Origin: Okamejei kenojei
Lineage: Eukaryota
DNA length: 63,636 nucleotides
Reading direction: 5' to 3'
Assembly: GCA_035221665.1 (NCBI GenBank)
Contig: CM069159.1
Span: forward strand, 19,654,365-19,718,000
In this document: in pieces, positions 50,820-63,280 of the stretch
Position numbering within the stretch: position 1 is the first letter of the stretch
Layout: each line of letters starts with the position of its first letter
Program-made: the position numbers and the translations under genes
Notes under the pieces: generated by a model
The model's input: the letters and a program-made list of their open reading frames with translations, nothing else
Databases searched by the model: none
What the model was told of the DNA's origin: nothing

Positions 50820-51133
50820 TTAGTTTAGTTTAGCTATACAGCGTGGAAACAGGCCCTTCATCCCATCGAGACAGTACTGGACAATGATCACCCTTACACT
50901 AGTTCTGTTATCCCCACTCTCGCATCCTAACACTGGGGGGGGGGTGGAAATTACGGTGGCCAATTAACCTACATCTTTGGAATGTGAGAAGAAACCAGAG
51001 CACCAGAAGAAAACCCATGCGGTCGGAGGTTGAATGTACAAATTCCATACAGGTAGCATCCGTAGTCAGGATTGAGTCCGGGTCTCTGGTGCAGCAAGGC
51101 TGTAATTCTATTGCTGTGCCACTGTGCTGCCCT
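50820..51133 (-). mobile_element. tRNA-derived SINE
   Basis: Minus strand starts ggcagcacagtggcacagc with a B-box-like element; (ctaaa)n tail. Confidence 0.7.
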
Positions 51134-51465
51134 ATTTGAAATATATATTTTTTATTAATCCATAGAATACTATCAAAATTGGCAAGCCATTTTTAAAATT
51201 TGAATCAGGAACTATATTACAAACGATGCAAAAAAATGTAATATTAGTATGTTGGAGTAGTGAAGAAATTCTGAGTGAGCGTATTTTGGAAATAAAAATT
51301 ATGGGAAATATTTAAATTAAGATAAAGAGATGCACTGCAATATGGAAATGCAAGTAGTTTCCACCAAGTGTCTATTTGGCCACATAATGGAATCCTTCTG
51401 TTTTGCATTCTAGAGGCATTGATTTTGTTTCCTACAATTCTTTGAGTCTTTAATAGTCTTTCAAA

Positions 51466-52890
51466 TTTATTGACCGCTCATTGGTCCCAGTCACACGGGA
51501 GGCCTGGTCCCCCAACGCAACCCATTCCCCAACGCAATATTCCACCACTTACCCACATGGTGGCGGATTGTTGGGGGGAAGGGTGTTGGGGCGGGGGGGG
51601 GGGGGGGGGGGGAGGTGTGTGGGGGCAGGGGGATTTGTGGAGGGAGGGTGTGTGTGGGGGGGGAGGTGAGCAGGGGGGGGGGTTGTGGGGGGAAGAGGGT
51701 GTGCTCTGGGGAGGTTTGTGGAGGAGAGAGGGTGTGGGCAGGGACTGTGTGGGCTCGGGTGGTTGTGGGGGGAGGGGTGTGAATGGGGGAAGTTGTGGGG
51801 GAAGGGTAGTGTGTGGGCAGGGGGGTTGTGAGGAGAGGGGGGTGTTGGGGAGAGGTGTGTGTAGGCGGGGGGTTGTGAAGGATGGGGGTGTGTGTGGGCT
51901 GTGGGAGATGTGGGGGACAGGGATTGTGGGGGTTGGGGTTGTGGGGGGGGGGGGTGTTTGGGCGGGAGGGGTTGTGGGGGGAGAGAGCTCAGATAAAAGA
52001 GGGAAGAGCCATGGGGGGAGAGGGGGTGTCATGGGTGAGGGGGACAGGAGTCAGCGAGGGAGACCAGAGGGGAAGGGGCTGGAGCTCGCAGCGGGGACTC
52101 ACAGCGGGTGCTGGTTGCTGGTTGTTGTCCTCCGCTAGGATCAGAGTCCCCGCTTTCTATTTGGCGACATCTCCGACTCTGCGCCGGGCTGGGGTGGGCC
52201 GGGCCACGCTGGGGTGGGCCGGGCCGGTCTGGGCTGGTCCGCTTCTGGTCCCTCCGAAAATTGTGTCCGGTTGGAGACCTCCGCTGGCCATTCTCAGTTC
52301 CAGTAAAGACGCGATGGCACAGGAAGTGGCGGACCATCCCAGAGTGTGACAAGAGAAAAGACCAATCCATGCGGCGCTGACCGGCAGGAAAGGAGATCGA
52401 TCTGCGCACGCGCGTTTTTTACGATTTTTAAACTTCTATAACTTTATACCACCGATCAAAATGAAACGGTGCACTCGCAGCACAGAAGAACGTTGAGTGA
52501 GCTGGCAAAAAATCATAGGGACATTACATTGGGCAAGGCATTGGTGAGGCCAATTCTGGAGTATGGTGTACAATTTTGGTCACCAAATTATAGGAAAGAT
52601 GTCAACAAAATAGAAAGAGTACAAAGGAGATTTACTAGAATGGTTTGATTTTATCATTTAAAAATAAATTAGATAGGTATATGGACGGGAAAGGAATGGA
52701 GGGTTATGGTCTGAGTGCAGGTAGATGGGACTAGGTGAGAGTAAGTGTTCGGCACGGACTAGAAGGGCTGAGATGGCCTGTTTCCGTGCTGTAATTGTTA
52801 TATGATTATATGATTATAGCGCTATTGTGTATCGTTTTTGTGCAAATAGAAAAAACATGCAACCGGAAGATAACAAGATCAGAGTTTTAA
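51466..52890 (+). mobile_element. Helentron/DINE-like non-autonomous element with G-rich tract and nested CR1 fragment (~52520-52800)
   Basis: 5' ttggtccca..cacacgggag..ctggtcccccaacgcaa shared with the next element; 3' caagatcagagttttaattatgta. Confidence 0.4.
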
Positions 52891-54620
52891 TTATGTACTA
52901 GATTAAATGAGACCCATTTGGTCCCATGTTCACACGGGAGGGCTGGTCCCCCAACGCAATATTCCACCTCTGCACCACATCCAATATTGGTGGCCAGTGG
53001 GGGGAGGGGCTAACTGGAGCACTAGTATGGGTGTTGTGGGCCGAAGGGACTAGTTTCCAGAGGGCTAGTATGGACATTGTGGGCTGAATGGATTATTGGG
53101 ATGGCAGCTCAGTCACTCAGGCCTGGTGAGCTGTCAGCTCAGAAGCTGCCAGAAATTCAGCCCAAAACAGGTGTGAGAGAGAATGGGGAGAGGGTGGATA
53201 ATCAATTTTAGATATATTTCATCTTTTTCTGCAGATCACAGCAATGAACGAGGAAAGTCTATCCTGGCCTGGATCTCACAGGGAGCCAATGAAGGGAGGG
53301 AGAAAAATACTGGGGTGAGGTTTAATACTTGCAGGAGGAATACTTACTGATGGGCCAAAGGGTCTGCTCCTTTGGCCCATCAGTACAGGCCTGATGGGCC
53401 AAAGGGGCTCTTTAAAGATAAATCTAAGTGAAATCTCAGTGAAAGGCACTTATTCTGGACTTTTTCTGGCCTGGCACGGGCCTTTTGGGCCAAAATGCTC
53501 CTCCTGGGCTAATACGGGCATTTTGGGCAAAAGGGACTGATTTCTCGGCTAATAGGGGCCTTGGTAATAGTGGGCTGAAGTTAGTGGTTTCAGGCAGGCC
53601 AAACAATTCATTTCATTTCCATTTGAATTTCAAGAACAGAGCAGGGCAAACAGATCATTGCATTTTCATTTCATTTCCATTTCCATTGCTGGTTTAAGTA
53701 CAGGGCAGGCCGAACAGCTCATTGCATTTTCATTTCAATTCCATTGCCATTGCAGTTTCAAGCACAGGGCAGCCCGAACTGTTCATTGCATTTTCATTTC
53801 ATTGCCTTTGCAGTTTCAAGTACAGGGCAGGCCGAACAGCTCATTGCATTTTCATTTCCCTTCCATTGGCATTGCAGTTTCAAGCACAGGGCAGGCCAAA
53901 CAGCTGATTGCATTTTCATTTCATTTCCATTGCCATTGCAGTTTCAAGCACAGGGCAGGCCAAACAGCTGATTGCATTTTCATTTCACTTCCATTGCCAT
54001 TGCAGTTTCAAGCACAGGACAGGCCAAACAACCCATTGCATTTTAATTTCACTTCCATTGCCATTGCAGTTTCAAGCACAGGGCAGTCCAAACAGCTCAT
54101 TGCATTTTCATTTCATTTCCATTGCCATTGCAGTTCAAGCACACGGCAGGCCAAACAACTCATTTCATTTTCATTAAGGGCTAACAAACCATTAATTGCA
54201 AGTACATTGCAGACTCACAGTTCAGTTAGCAATGGCAATGGAAATACAGACTCACAGGTTAGAATGAGAGTCATGCCTTCTCCCTCATGACCTTGCAGAG
54301 TGATTGAGTCATGTCCAGGTACCCGGGGTTTTATAGTACTGCCCCCCCCCCCCAGAAAGGCCGTTACCTTCATCGCGGTAATTGACAAGTGAGAGAATCT
54401 CAAGGTTTTTTAAACACTCATAACTTTTTTATTTTTCATTGATGGGAAAAATTCACAGGGTCTGCTCAGCGGAGGAGGACTGTGAGTAAGATGGCCAAAA
54501 ATCAAAGTGATATATGGCAGCGTTTTTTCTAAAATCAATATACAGCACAGACAGGAAGTGGTCAAGATGACACTTTTAATTATGTAGATAATAGATAATA
54601 GATAATAGTTGATAGATAGA
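52891..54620 (+). mobile_element. Second Helentron/DINE-like element carrying a minisatellite
   Basis: Same 5' block; 3' caagatgacacttttaattatgtagat; internal 17-bp inverted repeat 53345-53385. Confidence 0.4.
53590..54175. repeat. 64-bp minisatellite, about 9 copies
   Basis: Unit caagcacagggcaggccaaacagctgattgcattttcatttcatttccattgccattgcagttt with starts at 53881, 53945, 54009. Confidence 0.95.
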
Positions 54621-54633
54621 CCTACTGAAGTTA

Positions 54634-55203
54634 AGGGCCTGTCCCAGCAACATGCAACTCCATGCGATGAGCGCGACCTAACGTGGTCGCTTGAGCCGTC
54701 CGGCGTCACGGGGCCGATCCCACATCGACCGCCGGAGCCGTGCGGAATTGTGCGGAGTTCGTCACGACATCACGCGGGGCTCGCAAAACTGACCATGTTC
54801 AAATTCTGCGCGGCAACGGCTTGTCGCCTCGCAGTAGCCTCGACACATTACACACACGTCGTCGTGCCTCCGTGACCCTCTCTGTAGGTGCCTCCGTGAC
54901 CCTCTCTGTGTGTGCCTCGTGCCCCTCTCTGTGTGTGCCTCTGTGCCCCTCTCTGTGTGTCCCTTTCTGTCCTGGCGAACTTACCTATAAGACTTCGCTC
55001 CAAGTTCGCCTCACTTTGCGCCATGTTGCGCCACTCACCCCACCTCTGCGCGGCCCCCGCTGCCGGTTTGGTCGCGCTCTTCGCATGCAGGCGCATGCTG
55101 TTGGGAACGGCCCTGTACAGGGATCACCCGACCTCCGCGCGGGCCCCCGCTGCCGGTTTGATTGCACTCACCCATGGAGTCGGATGCTGGTAGGACAGGC
55201 CCT
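54634..55203. mobile_element. PIF/Harbinger-like non-autonomous element
   Basis: TIR agggcctgtcc and TSD TTA on both sides; same TIR family as 28000-28688 with a different interior. Confidence 0.8.
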
Positions 55204-56194
55204 TTAGGAGGAAGTTTGTAGAGGAAATTCATTTCTGGAAAAAGTGCAGCATCAAATCTCCACAAAGCCACCAGGACGTGGAATTATTCATTAAGAGACT
55301 TCAAAGGAAAAAACCCTTTTATTTAGTTAACTCTGCATAGGTTATAAAGATGAAAGGGCAAGTTGAATAATGAGAGAGTGACATAACGTTTCACAAGGAA
55401 GCAGCAAGAGCATTTTGAAATGAAACTCATTGAGAGTAAATTTTGAAAAAAAAACATCTGTTTGCTGTTAACAGTTTATGGTGACTTTGAAAAAAAAGAG
55501 ACAGCAGAGTGAGACTGGATAATATGGAGTCAATTTGATTTAATTGGATTGATTGGATTTGATTGGACTTTTTCATGTTGTATTTGATTCTCACTGTGAG
55601 GCTGTGACAGCTTATCTGCCCCTCAGCTTAATAAACTAATATGTAAAATTGAAGCTTGAATGCCATCAATACCATCAGAATATTTTTCCTGCTGTGAATC
55701 TTACCACTGGCATTTCTTCATTGTCACTGCTTTGCTATTTCTTTTCACTTGCCTCACTTCAGGCTAAAGTGCACCCTCCCCCATGCATTTCCTGTTCAAG
55801 AGAGCATTGGAATCACCCAAACAAAAACCTCAAGACTGCAGAACGCATTTCTAGTGCAATGTCCAGGCCTTTGTTAACCAAAGCGTGATGTGTTCTGACC
55901 ACTACATCTCCGTATTTCTCATTACCCAGACCTTTTCAACATGAATGTGCAGCATTATTTCACCACAACTATGGGGCTATATCAACACCTGATAATGTAA
56001 ACAGATTTCTGAGAAATGTAAATGCTGCTTTACAAAACCAGGCCAAGATTTGAGGAAATTGGGTCTGAAATACATCTTCCTTGATGTAGAAAGGAATCTA
56101 TTGATGCTAAATCCATTCTGGGCACTGTGTAAGAGAGAATATTTAGCATATGTATTTTGGGAATTTTGTTCATAGCTCCAAGTTTAACTTGGGC

Positions 56195-56525
56195 CAGGAT
56201 AGAGTGGATGTGGAGAGGATGTTTCCACTAGTGGGAGAGTCTAGGACCAGAGGTCATAGCCTCAGAATTAAAGGTTGTTCCTTTAGGAAGGAGATGAGGA
56301 GGTATTTATTTTGTAAGGACGTGGTGAATTTGTGGCATTTATTCTCACAGAGGGCTATGGAGGCCAGGTCAGTGAATATTTTTAAGACATAGATAGATAG
56401 ATTCTTCATTAGTACGAGTGTCAGGAATTATTGGAAGAAGGCAGGAGAATGGGGTTAAGAAGGAGAGATGGATCAGCCATGATTGAATGGTAGAATGGCC
56501 TAATACTGCTATTTTCACTTTATGA
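56195..56525 (+). mobile_element. CR1 LINE 3' fragment
   Basis: DRVDVERMFPLVGESRTRGHSLRIKG, VNLW. Confidence 0.85.
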
Positions 56526-56764
56526 ACATGAACTGCTTCTACAGTTGCAGTATTTTCTTTGAAAATTATCTTGCACACTCCTACCAAAAGTGAATATAAA
56601 TGCCTTCAGAGAAGACAAAAGATCTCCTGCCACTGTATTGTCCGTACTCTGATGTTCTGGACTGAAATCAAAGCGGGTTTAGTTTCCAATCTTTGACAGA
56701 ATCGTCCAGATTTTTGGCTTTTCACATCTCTCCCTGAAAATTGTATGGTTTTCTTGACTCTGGG

Positions 56765-57630
56765 TTTCATCGGGCGGCGACGTCCAGCCTCCCCAGCAGT
56801 GTGTCTGTCATTTCGACTTTTTTTGTATTTTTGCTATGTCTAAATGTATGTGTTAATATTTCTCGGTATGTTTTTATGTTGGGGGCAGTGGGGGGAATAG
56901 GAGGAAGCCATTTCCAGTCAATTACCTTGGTGGAGATGCAACTTTCTCCTGGTCGCATTTTCGCCCTCCCTCGTGGCCTAACAACTTGGATTGATGCGGG
57001 CTTTCCCGGAGACAGTCCATAGCTTCAGCAGCAGGAGCGGCGTGGACGTTAACATCACGGAGCCAGAAGAAAGGCTGCGACCGCCGGCCTGCTGATTTTA
57101 ACATCGTGAAGCCGCAGTCTGCGGAGCTTCTAGCCGCGGGCGTGGAGTGGACTTCACCATCCCAGAGCCAGGATCCCTTGCCGGGGATCGCCGGAGAAGA
57201 GCTTCGACCGCTGGCCTGCCTGCGGCCTATAACTTCAAGAAGCAGTGGTCTCCAGTAAGTAAGTGGCCGATTCGGGCACTCTAAGCCGCGGAGTGTGTTC
57301 CATCCATCCCGACGTCAGAGCTTCGATCATTCTGGTGAGAGATCTTGTGCATCGAGCCATCTGCAGTGGCGACTATGGAGGGTCAAGGCCCCATACACGG
57401 GTGAACAAAATGAGGAAAACTGACTGAACTTTATTGCCTTCCATCACAGTTATCACTGTGGTGGATGTTTATGTTAAGTTATATTGTTTTTTTTAATTGT
57501 GTTGTGTTCTTTTAATTTTATGGCTGCATGGTAACTCAAATATCACTGTACCTTGGGTACACAAAAGCTATCACTGTACCTTAATTGGTGCATGTGACAA
57601 TAAATGTGAATTTGATTTGAATTGATTTGA
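56765..57630 (+). mobile_element. GC-rich composite retroposon-like repeat with LINE-type 3' tail
   Basis: GC-rich degenerate repeats, then tggctgcatggtaactcaaa...catgtgacaataaa and (ttga)-type tail. Confidence 0.5.
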
Positions 57631-58089
57631 CTTGATCTTTCTGCTCTGCGTTCCTCATTGGATGTGTTTCCTAACTCCACACTAAGTTTTAGTAAAAACA
57701 TGTATTCATATGACAATGACCTTTTCCATTCCACATTTATGACTTGTTGTATTGCTTATTTGGAGGACAAATTGACTAACAGCTAGTGAATGGCCACAAC
57801 AGGTTTTACATCAGCAATTCAGACGCTATTTAAATGCAAAAATAGAAAATTGCAGTGAAGTGGCAAAACAATGGGAGCTAATGTATCAGCTACACATATA
57901 CTGAATATTGGCCAGAAATATCTTGGTTGGTTTGGGGAAGATCTCATGCTATACTACCCATTTTGCACTGAAAAAACAAGGCGCATTTCTACACTAATAA
58001 TTATGATACTCAGTGAAAATTAATTATTAAAAAATAGCTGAGTATCAAAATCCCTCATGGTTGTTATGTCCCCAAACTTAAAATTAAAG

Positions 58090-58396
58090 GAAACATAGAA
58101 ACATAGAAATTAGGTGCAGGAGTATTCAGCCCTCTCGAGCCTGCACCGCCATTCAATATGATCTGATCATCCAACTCAGATCCGTACCTGCCTTCTCTCC
58201 ATACCCTCTGACATCCAACTCACTCTTAAATATAGCCAATGAACTGGCCTCAACTACCCTCTGTGGCAGAGAGTTCCAGAGACTCACCACTCTCTGTGTG
58301 AAGAATTCTTTTCATCTCGGTCTTAAAGGATTTCCCCTTATCCTTAAACCCCTTGTCTGGACTTCCCCAACATCGGGAAAATCTTCCTGCATCTAG
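58090..58396 (-). mobile_element. CR1 LINE 3' fragment
   Basis: gaaacatagaaacatag tail; homologous to 26655-26870. Confidence 0.8.
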
Positions 58397-59264
58397 GAAA
58401 TTATGTAACAATTGAAAAATTTACTAATTTGAATTTAAAACATCTTAAGTTATGATTAAAGTAATCCTCCTATTTCAGATTTTGGCTTTTCCTATTAGTC
58501 ACTGAAGCAAATAAATTGGATTTTAATCACAGAATATTACATTGGTCCACTGATACATAATTTCTTCCATCTTAAAGAGGCTAAATGGTGTAATAGGGCA
58601 GGATTTGAAAAAGTTCCAGTGTTCTACGCTCTAAGTTGTTCTTTTTCAAAGAACAGTGGAAATAAAAAGTGGATGGTACATTAGCAACCTTTTGTATACC
58701 TCTAGTGAACGCGATAAAAATTAGTAGTCCACTTCAAATTGTCTATTGTTAAATTTAATCATTTTATCTCAACTACAGATAAAATATCGTAAACATTCTA
58801 GGAAGTGTTTGGAGTGAGATGTACGATCATAGAAATCATTTGCATAGTGTGTAAGTTATTTTTTTAAACAAATTAATTTGGGTTAATATTTTTTAATTAA
58901 AAAATTGTGAATTTATACCTGTAACCTTTGCAGCCAATAATTAATTATTATTTTATGAATTATTTCACAGAGGTCAATGTTGAATTCAACAGCCCAGTGG
59001 AGTAAATAAATAAAAGTTTTTGATCTTTTTTCCAATGGTCAGATTCTCACTTCTCACCCAAAACTGACAGGATTTTGGGTTCTTTGTTTTTCTTGTGGAA
59101 ATGTGGATAGTAAATGTTTACAAACTGCTTCACTGCTAACATCTTTCAAAGTTAGGTCATTTGTTCTCATGTGGTCCCATTGTGTGTGACCAGGAGTTAC
59201 TCTTGGAGAATAATAAAAAATTGTCTTGAACTGTTTTTCTCTTCCATTAAAATGTGATTATGGG

Positions 59265-60365
59265 AGTTACAACAGATTTATGGAATACACTCAAATATTT
59301 TTTTTCGATATCTACAACTCAGAGATTATGTTAAATCAAATACACAAGATTATAGGAATAGGGAACCGGAAATCCTTGATGAATGTTTGAATAAGCATCC
59401 TAATACAGAAAACTAACAACTTATATTCATAATATCCTTTTAGACAGCGAGGTACCATCGACGGAATCACATAGACATACATGGGAAAATGAATTAAGTC
59501 AATCCATAACAAAAGATATTTGGGACAAAAGTTTACAATATATACATCAATGCTCGTTAAATGCTAGACATGCTTTAATGCAATTTAAAGTATTACACAG
59601 ATTACATTACTCAAAAGTTAAACTGAATAGAATTTTCCGCATGTCTCTCCTATCTGCGATAAATGTCAGCATCTAGAGGCTAACGTAACACATACTTTTG
59701 CAAATTGTATAAAAACTAAAAATTTCTGGATTGAGATTTTTAGAATAACTTCTGAAGTTATTAATACTAAACTGGATCCGGACTCAAAACTAATAATACT
59801 TGGAATATCAGAACAAAGTTTAACACTTACAACAAGCCAAAGAAATTTCCTAGATTACAGTATAATAATCGGGAAGAAATTAATATTAAAATTTTGGAAA
59901 GGCCTATAACCCCCACAATTAAAATGTGGATTATGGAAATGTCGGAGACCCTACACCTGGAAAGAATCAGATTTGCCTTAATGGACAAACAAGAACTCTT
60001 TGTTAGAATATGGTCTTCTTTCATCGATTACTTAAAAGGGTAGATTGGTTCGGCAGGGGGACGTAACTGAAACTTGGACTCAGGATCAGATGAAAAGGTG
60101 TACTCTATATTCCTTGATCTTATCTCCAATGATGTATTAATGGTAAATTATTCCATTCCTTATGATTTTTTTTTGATTTTTCTTTTTTTCTCTGTTTTTT
60201 CTCTATCTTTTTTTATTACTCTTAATCTATTAAAAAAACTATCAGAGGCAGAATGATTCAATTGATAATATTAATAATGTATGATTGATGTACATGAGAT
60301 ACTTATACCATAATATGTTTGCCAATTTATTGCTTACCTCTAATAAAAATATATTTAAAAAATAT
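59265..60365 (+). mobile_element. L1-clade LINE 3' fragment
   Basis: QFKVLHRLHYSKVKLNRIF..VSPICDKCQHLEANVTHTFANC knuckle region, AATAAA; same family as 300-2430. Confidence 0.85.
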
Positions 60366-61019
60366 ATATATATGTCATTATGACTGTGTAGAACCATCCT
60401 GATTTAAGTCAATTAGCTATGCACGGATGAAAATTAAATCTGAGATATGTTAAGTTCCATGCCATATGAGCTGAACTATTCAAGGTGATATCTTTAAAGA
60501 TTAAAAGAAACATATGGAGATGTCCTGTGAAAAACAATATTCAGAGTTGTAATTTCAAATTAATATAATGATTCCATCATTGTTGAAATTCATTCACTGT
60601 AGATTCTTGTTAGTATCGACATATTACATGCATTATAGCATGGCAGTGCCTGCATGTGTAGAATTGTAGCATGTGCCAAACGAATTTGTGCAATCGCATC
60701 AGTGACAAATAAAGCACCATTCTTACTATCGATATCTGTGCCTTCAAATATTCATATAAATATCCCCCAAAGATCATTGTACATAAACAATTGTTAAAAT
60801 TAGACTCCACTAGGATCTTAAGATAAAACACATTTAACTGTATAATAAATCGTTCATACTACGAGATGACAGTAATGGTAAATGGTAGGGTAGTTCACTA
60901 TACTTTTTTTTGTTACTGTATCTTCCTGATATGCTATCAAAACATACAAAATGGGGTTGGGTTGTGTGGAAAGGCTGGTCTTTGGGTAATAAACATGAAC
61001 AAAACCAGTGATCGATACT

Positions 61020-61255
61020 GGAGAAACAAGGAAATGCTGTAACTCAGCGGGTCAGGCAGCATCTCTGGAGAACATGGATAGGTAACATTTTGGGTCGGGG
61101 CACTTCTTCAGATTGAAGAAGGTCTCGACCCAAAATGTCACCTATCTATGTTCTTAGGCTGAAGATGTGCCCCGATCTGAAATGTCACCTATCCATGTTC
61201 TCCAGAGATGCAGCCTGACCCACTAAGTTACTCCAGCTCTTTGTATCTTTTTCAA
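61020..61255. mobile_element. Palindromic Penelope-derived short repeat (representative; others near 6115, 7700, 9810, 20740, 21260, 24060, 33945, 34915, 44295, 63285)
   Basis: gtaactcagcgggtcaggcagcatctctggag arm mirrored by ctccagagatgc...gttactccagc, enclosing degenerate ctgaaga...gaaa motifs. Confidence 0.7.
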
Positions 61256-62409
61256 TGACCTATACTGTTGCACATTGCCCCTCAGTTAATTCCATGGAAA
61301 CAAATGTGAGCAGGTTGAGTCTAACCAGCAGCACCATTTTTTTGTTTTCATTTACTACTAATGAGCAAAGGCAAATATCTTGGGAATGAAATAAATTTAA
61401 TTGAGCATGAAAGAAAAATAAGAAAAAAGTGAAGAGCAATAATTCTTTACTTTGGAAACTTCACTACTGACCAGCAATCAAATGAAGTAAACCAGCAGCA
61501 ACATAACTTGAGCTTGACTGATGATACCTAAAAGACAGATTTGCATGGGTTCATTTCAATATGTTCCAATTAATATTTAACTGAGTCAGCCGCAATGGAA
61601 ATTAAACAATTGCTATGTCATATGATAACAAATTTGTGTGCAATGTTTTGTATCTCTGCTGATGTCCAATATTTTTATCTTTTGTATTTACAATCAGGAA
61701 AAAAAGATGTTTGCATTCACGGCTATGTTTCATATATTTAAATAAAAATTGATTTGCGGACTTTCGGTGGAATATGAGAGCTTGACTGCGCCATTTTGCT
61801 CCGCTGTCAAATGCGCAAAAACACTCGAAAAAACAAAACAGACAGAAGAAAACGCTTACCGGTAGATGCCGCTGTCGCGTAAGTGACAGAAAATTGATCC
61901 CAACTCCGTATTTTAAATGAGTAGACGACACCAGCTCTCTTACAAGAGGAACTACCTTGAGGGAAGGTTTTTTTTGTGACTATTTGAAAGAACAAGACAA
62001 ACACTAATGGCCCTGTCTCACTGTGCGAGTTGAACACACACACACACACACACACGAGGTACCTAGTAGACTGAGTGAAGACTCGTGGCTGTGCACGAGA
62101 ACTGCAATATGATCTAAGTGCGTAATACCCAGCGGTATGTTCATTGCTGCGATGTTCCTAGTTCCTCTCCTGGAGTTAGAAATTTCCTCTCCGTTACTCT
62201 TGAGCCAACCGTGAATGAAGGTATGGTTTTATTAAAAAGGCAACAAATGTTAAAATTACATCTCCATCCTGTGTTTTTGAGTTATTTCAGAGCGGCGGCA
62301 TCTATTGATATGACCTACAATGGGAAAATGCGCACCTCCAGTAAACCAAGCTGTGTTTTATGTTTTTTAATACTTTTTTGCAATGGATCTCTATTTTAAA
62401 TAATTTTTA

Positions 62410-62977
62410 AAAAGGAAGCAGCCCGGGTGACCTGACATTGAGCGGCCGCCGGGANNNNNNNNNNNNNNNNNNNNNNNNNNNNNNNNNNNNNNNNNNNNNN
62501 NNNNNNNNNNNNNNNNNNNNNNNNNNNNNNNNNNNNNNNNNNNNNNNNNNNNNNNNNNNNNNNNNNNNNNNNNNNNNNNNNNNNNNNNNNNNNNNNNCTT
62601 CAGAGGAATGAAGCAGCTCGGGTGACTTTGAGCGGCCACCGGGACCCGACAGCACACACACACACAGATACACACAGATAGACAGAGAGGGGAGAGAGAG
62701 AGACACACACACACACATAGAGAGAGAATACACACAGACAGCAGCTGGCCACCACTTCAGAGGAATGAAGCAGCTCGGGTGACTGAGCGGCCACCGGAAC
62801 CGACAGCAGACACACACAAGATACACACAGATAGACAGAGAGGGAGAGAGAGAGACACACACACACACACACATAGAGAAGAGAGATACACACAGACAGC
62901 AGCTGGCCACCACTTCAGAGGAATGAAGCAGCTCGGGGTGACTGAGCGGCCGCCGACCCGACAGTACACACACACAC

Positions 62978-63022
<45 letters not shown>

Positions 63023-63066
63023 CACACACACAGATACACACAGATAGACAGAGAGGGAGAGAGAGA

Positions 63067-63135
<69 letters not shown>

Positions 63136-63280
63136 TACACACAGACAGCAGCTGGCCACCACTTCAGAGGAATGAAGCAGCTCGGGGGTGACCTTGAGCG
63201 GCCACCGGAAACATCAGACACACACACAGATACACACAGATAGACATAGAGGGAGAGGAGGACACACACACACACTCAGC
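62410..63280. repeat. Compound tandem repeat: ~70-bp core plus variable (CA)n/(GA)n; contains N gap 62455-62597
   Basis: Core cagacagcagctggccaccacttcagaggaatgaagcagctcggg..gagcggcc repeated at least 4 times. Confidence 0.9.

Noticed and set aside
51470-52138. Gly-rich / Pro-rich ORFs
   Set aside because: Translation of a low-complexity G-rich tract.
53235-53314. Phase-1 to phase-0 exon that could bridge the TM exon and the 55763 frame
   Set aside because: Lies inside a repeat element; phase compatibility is likely chance.
53590-54175. CRISPR-like array or repeat-protein ORFs
   Set aside because: Contiguous 64-bp tandem units without unique spacers; the ORFs are by-products of the minisatellite.
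60605-60725. Possible H/ACA snoRNA on the - strand
   Set aside because: Two weak hairpins but no convincing H box or correct ACA spacing.
62391-63275. Cys/Val-rich and His/Thr-rich ORFs
   Set aside because: Translations of (CA)n microsatellites.
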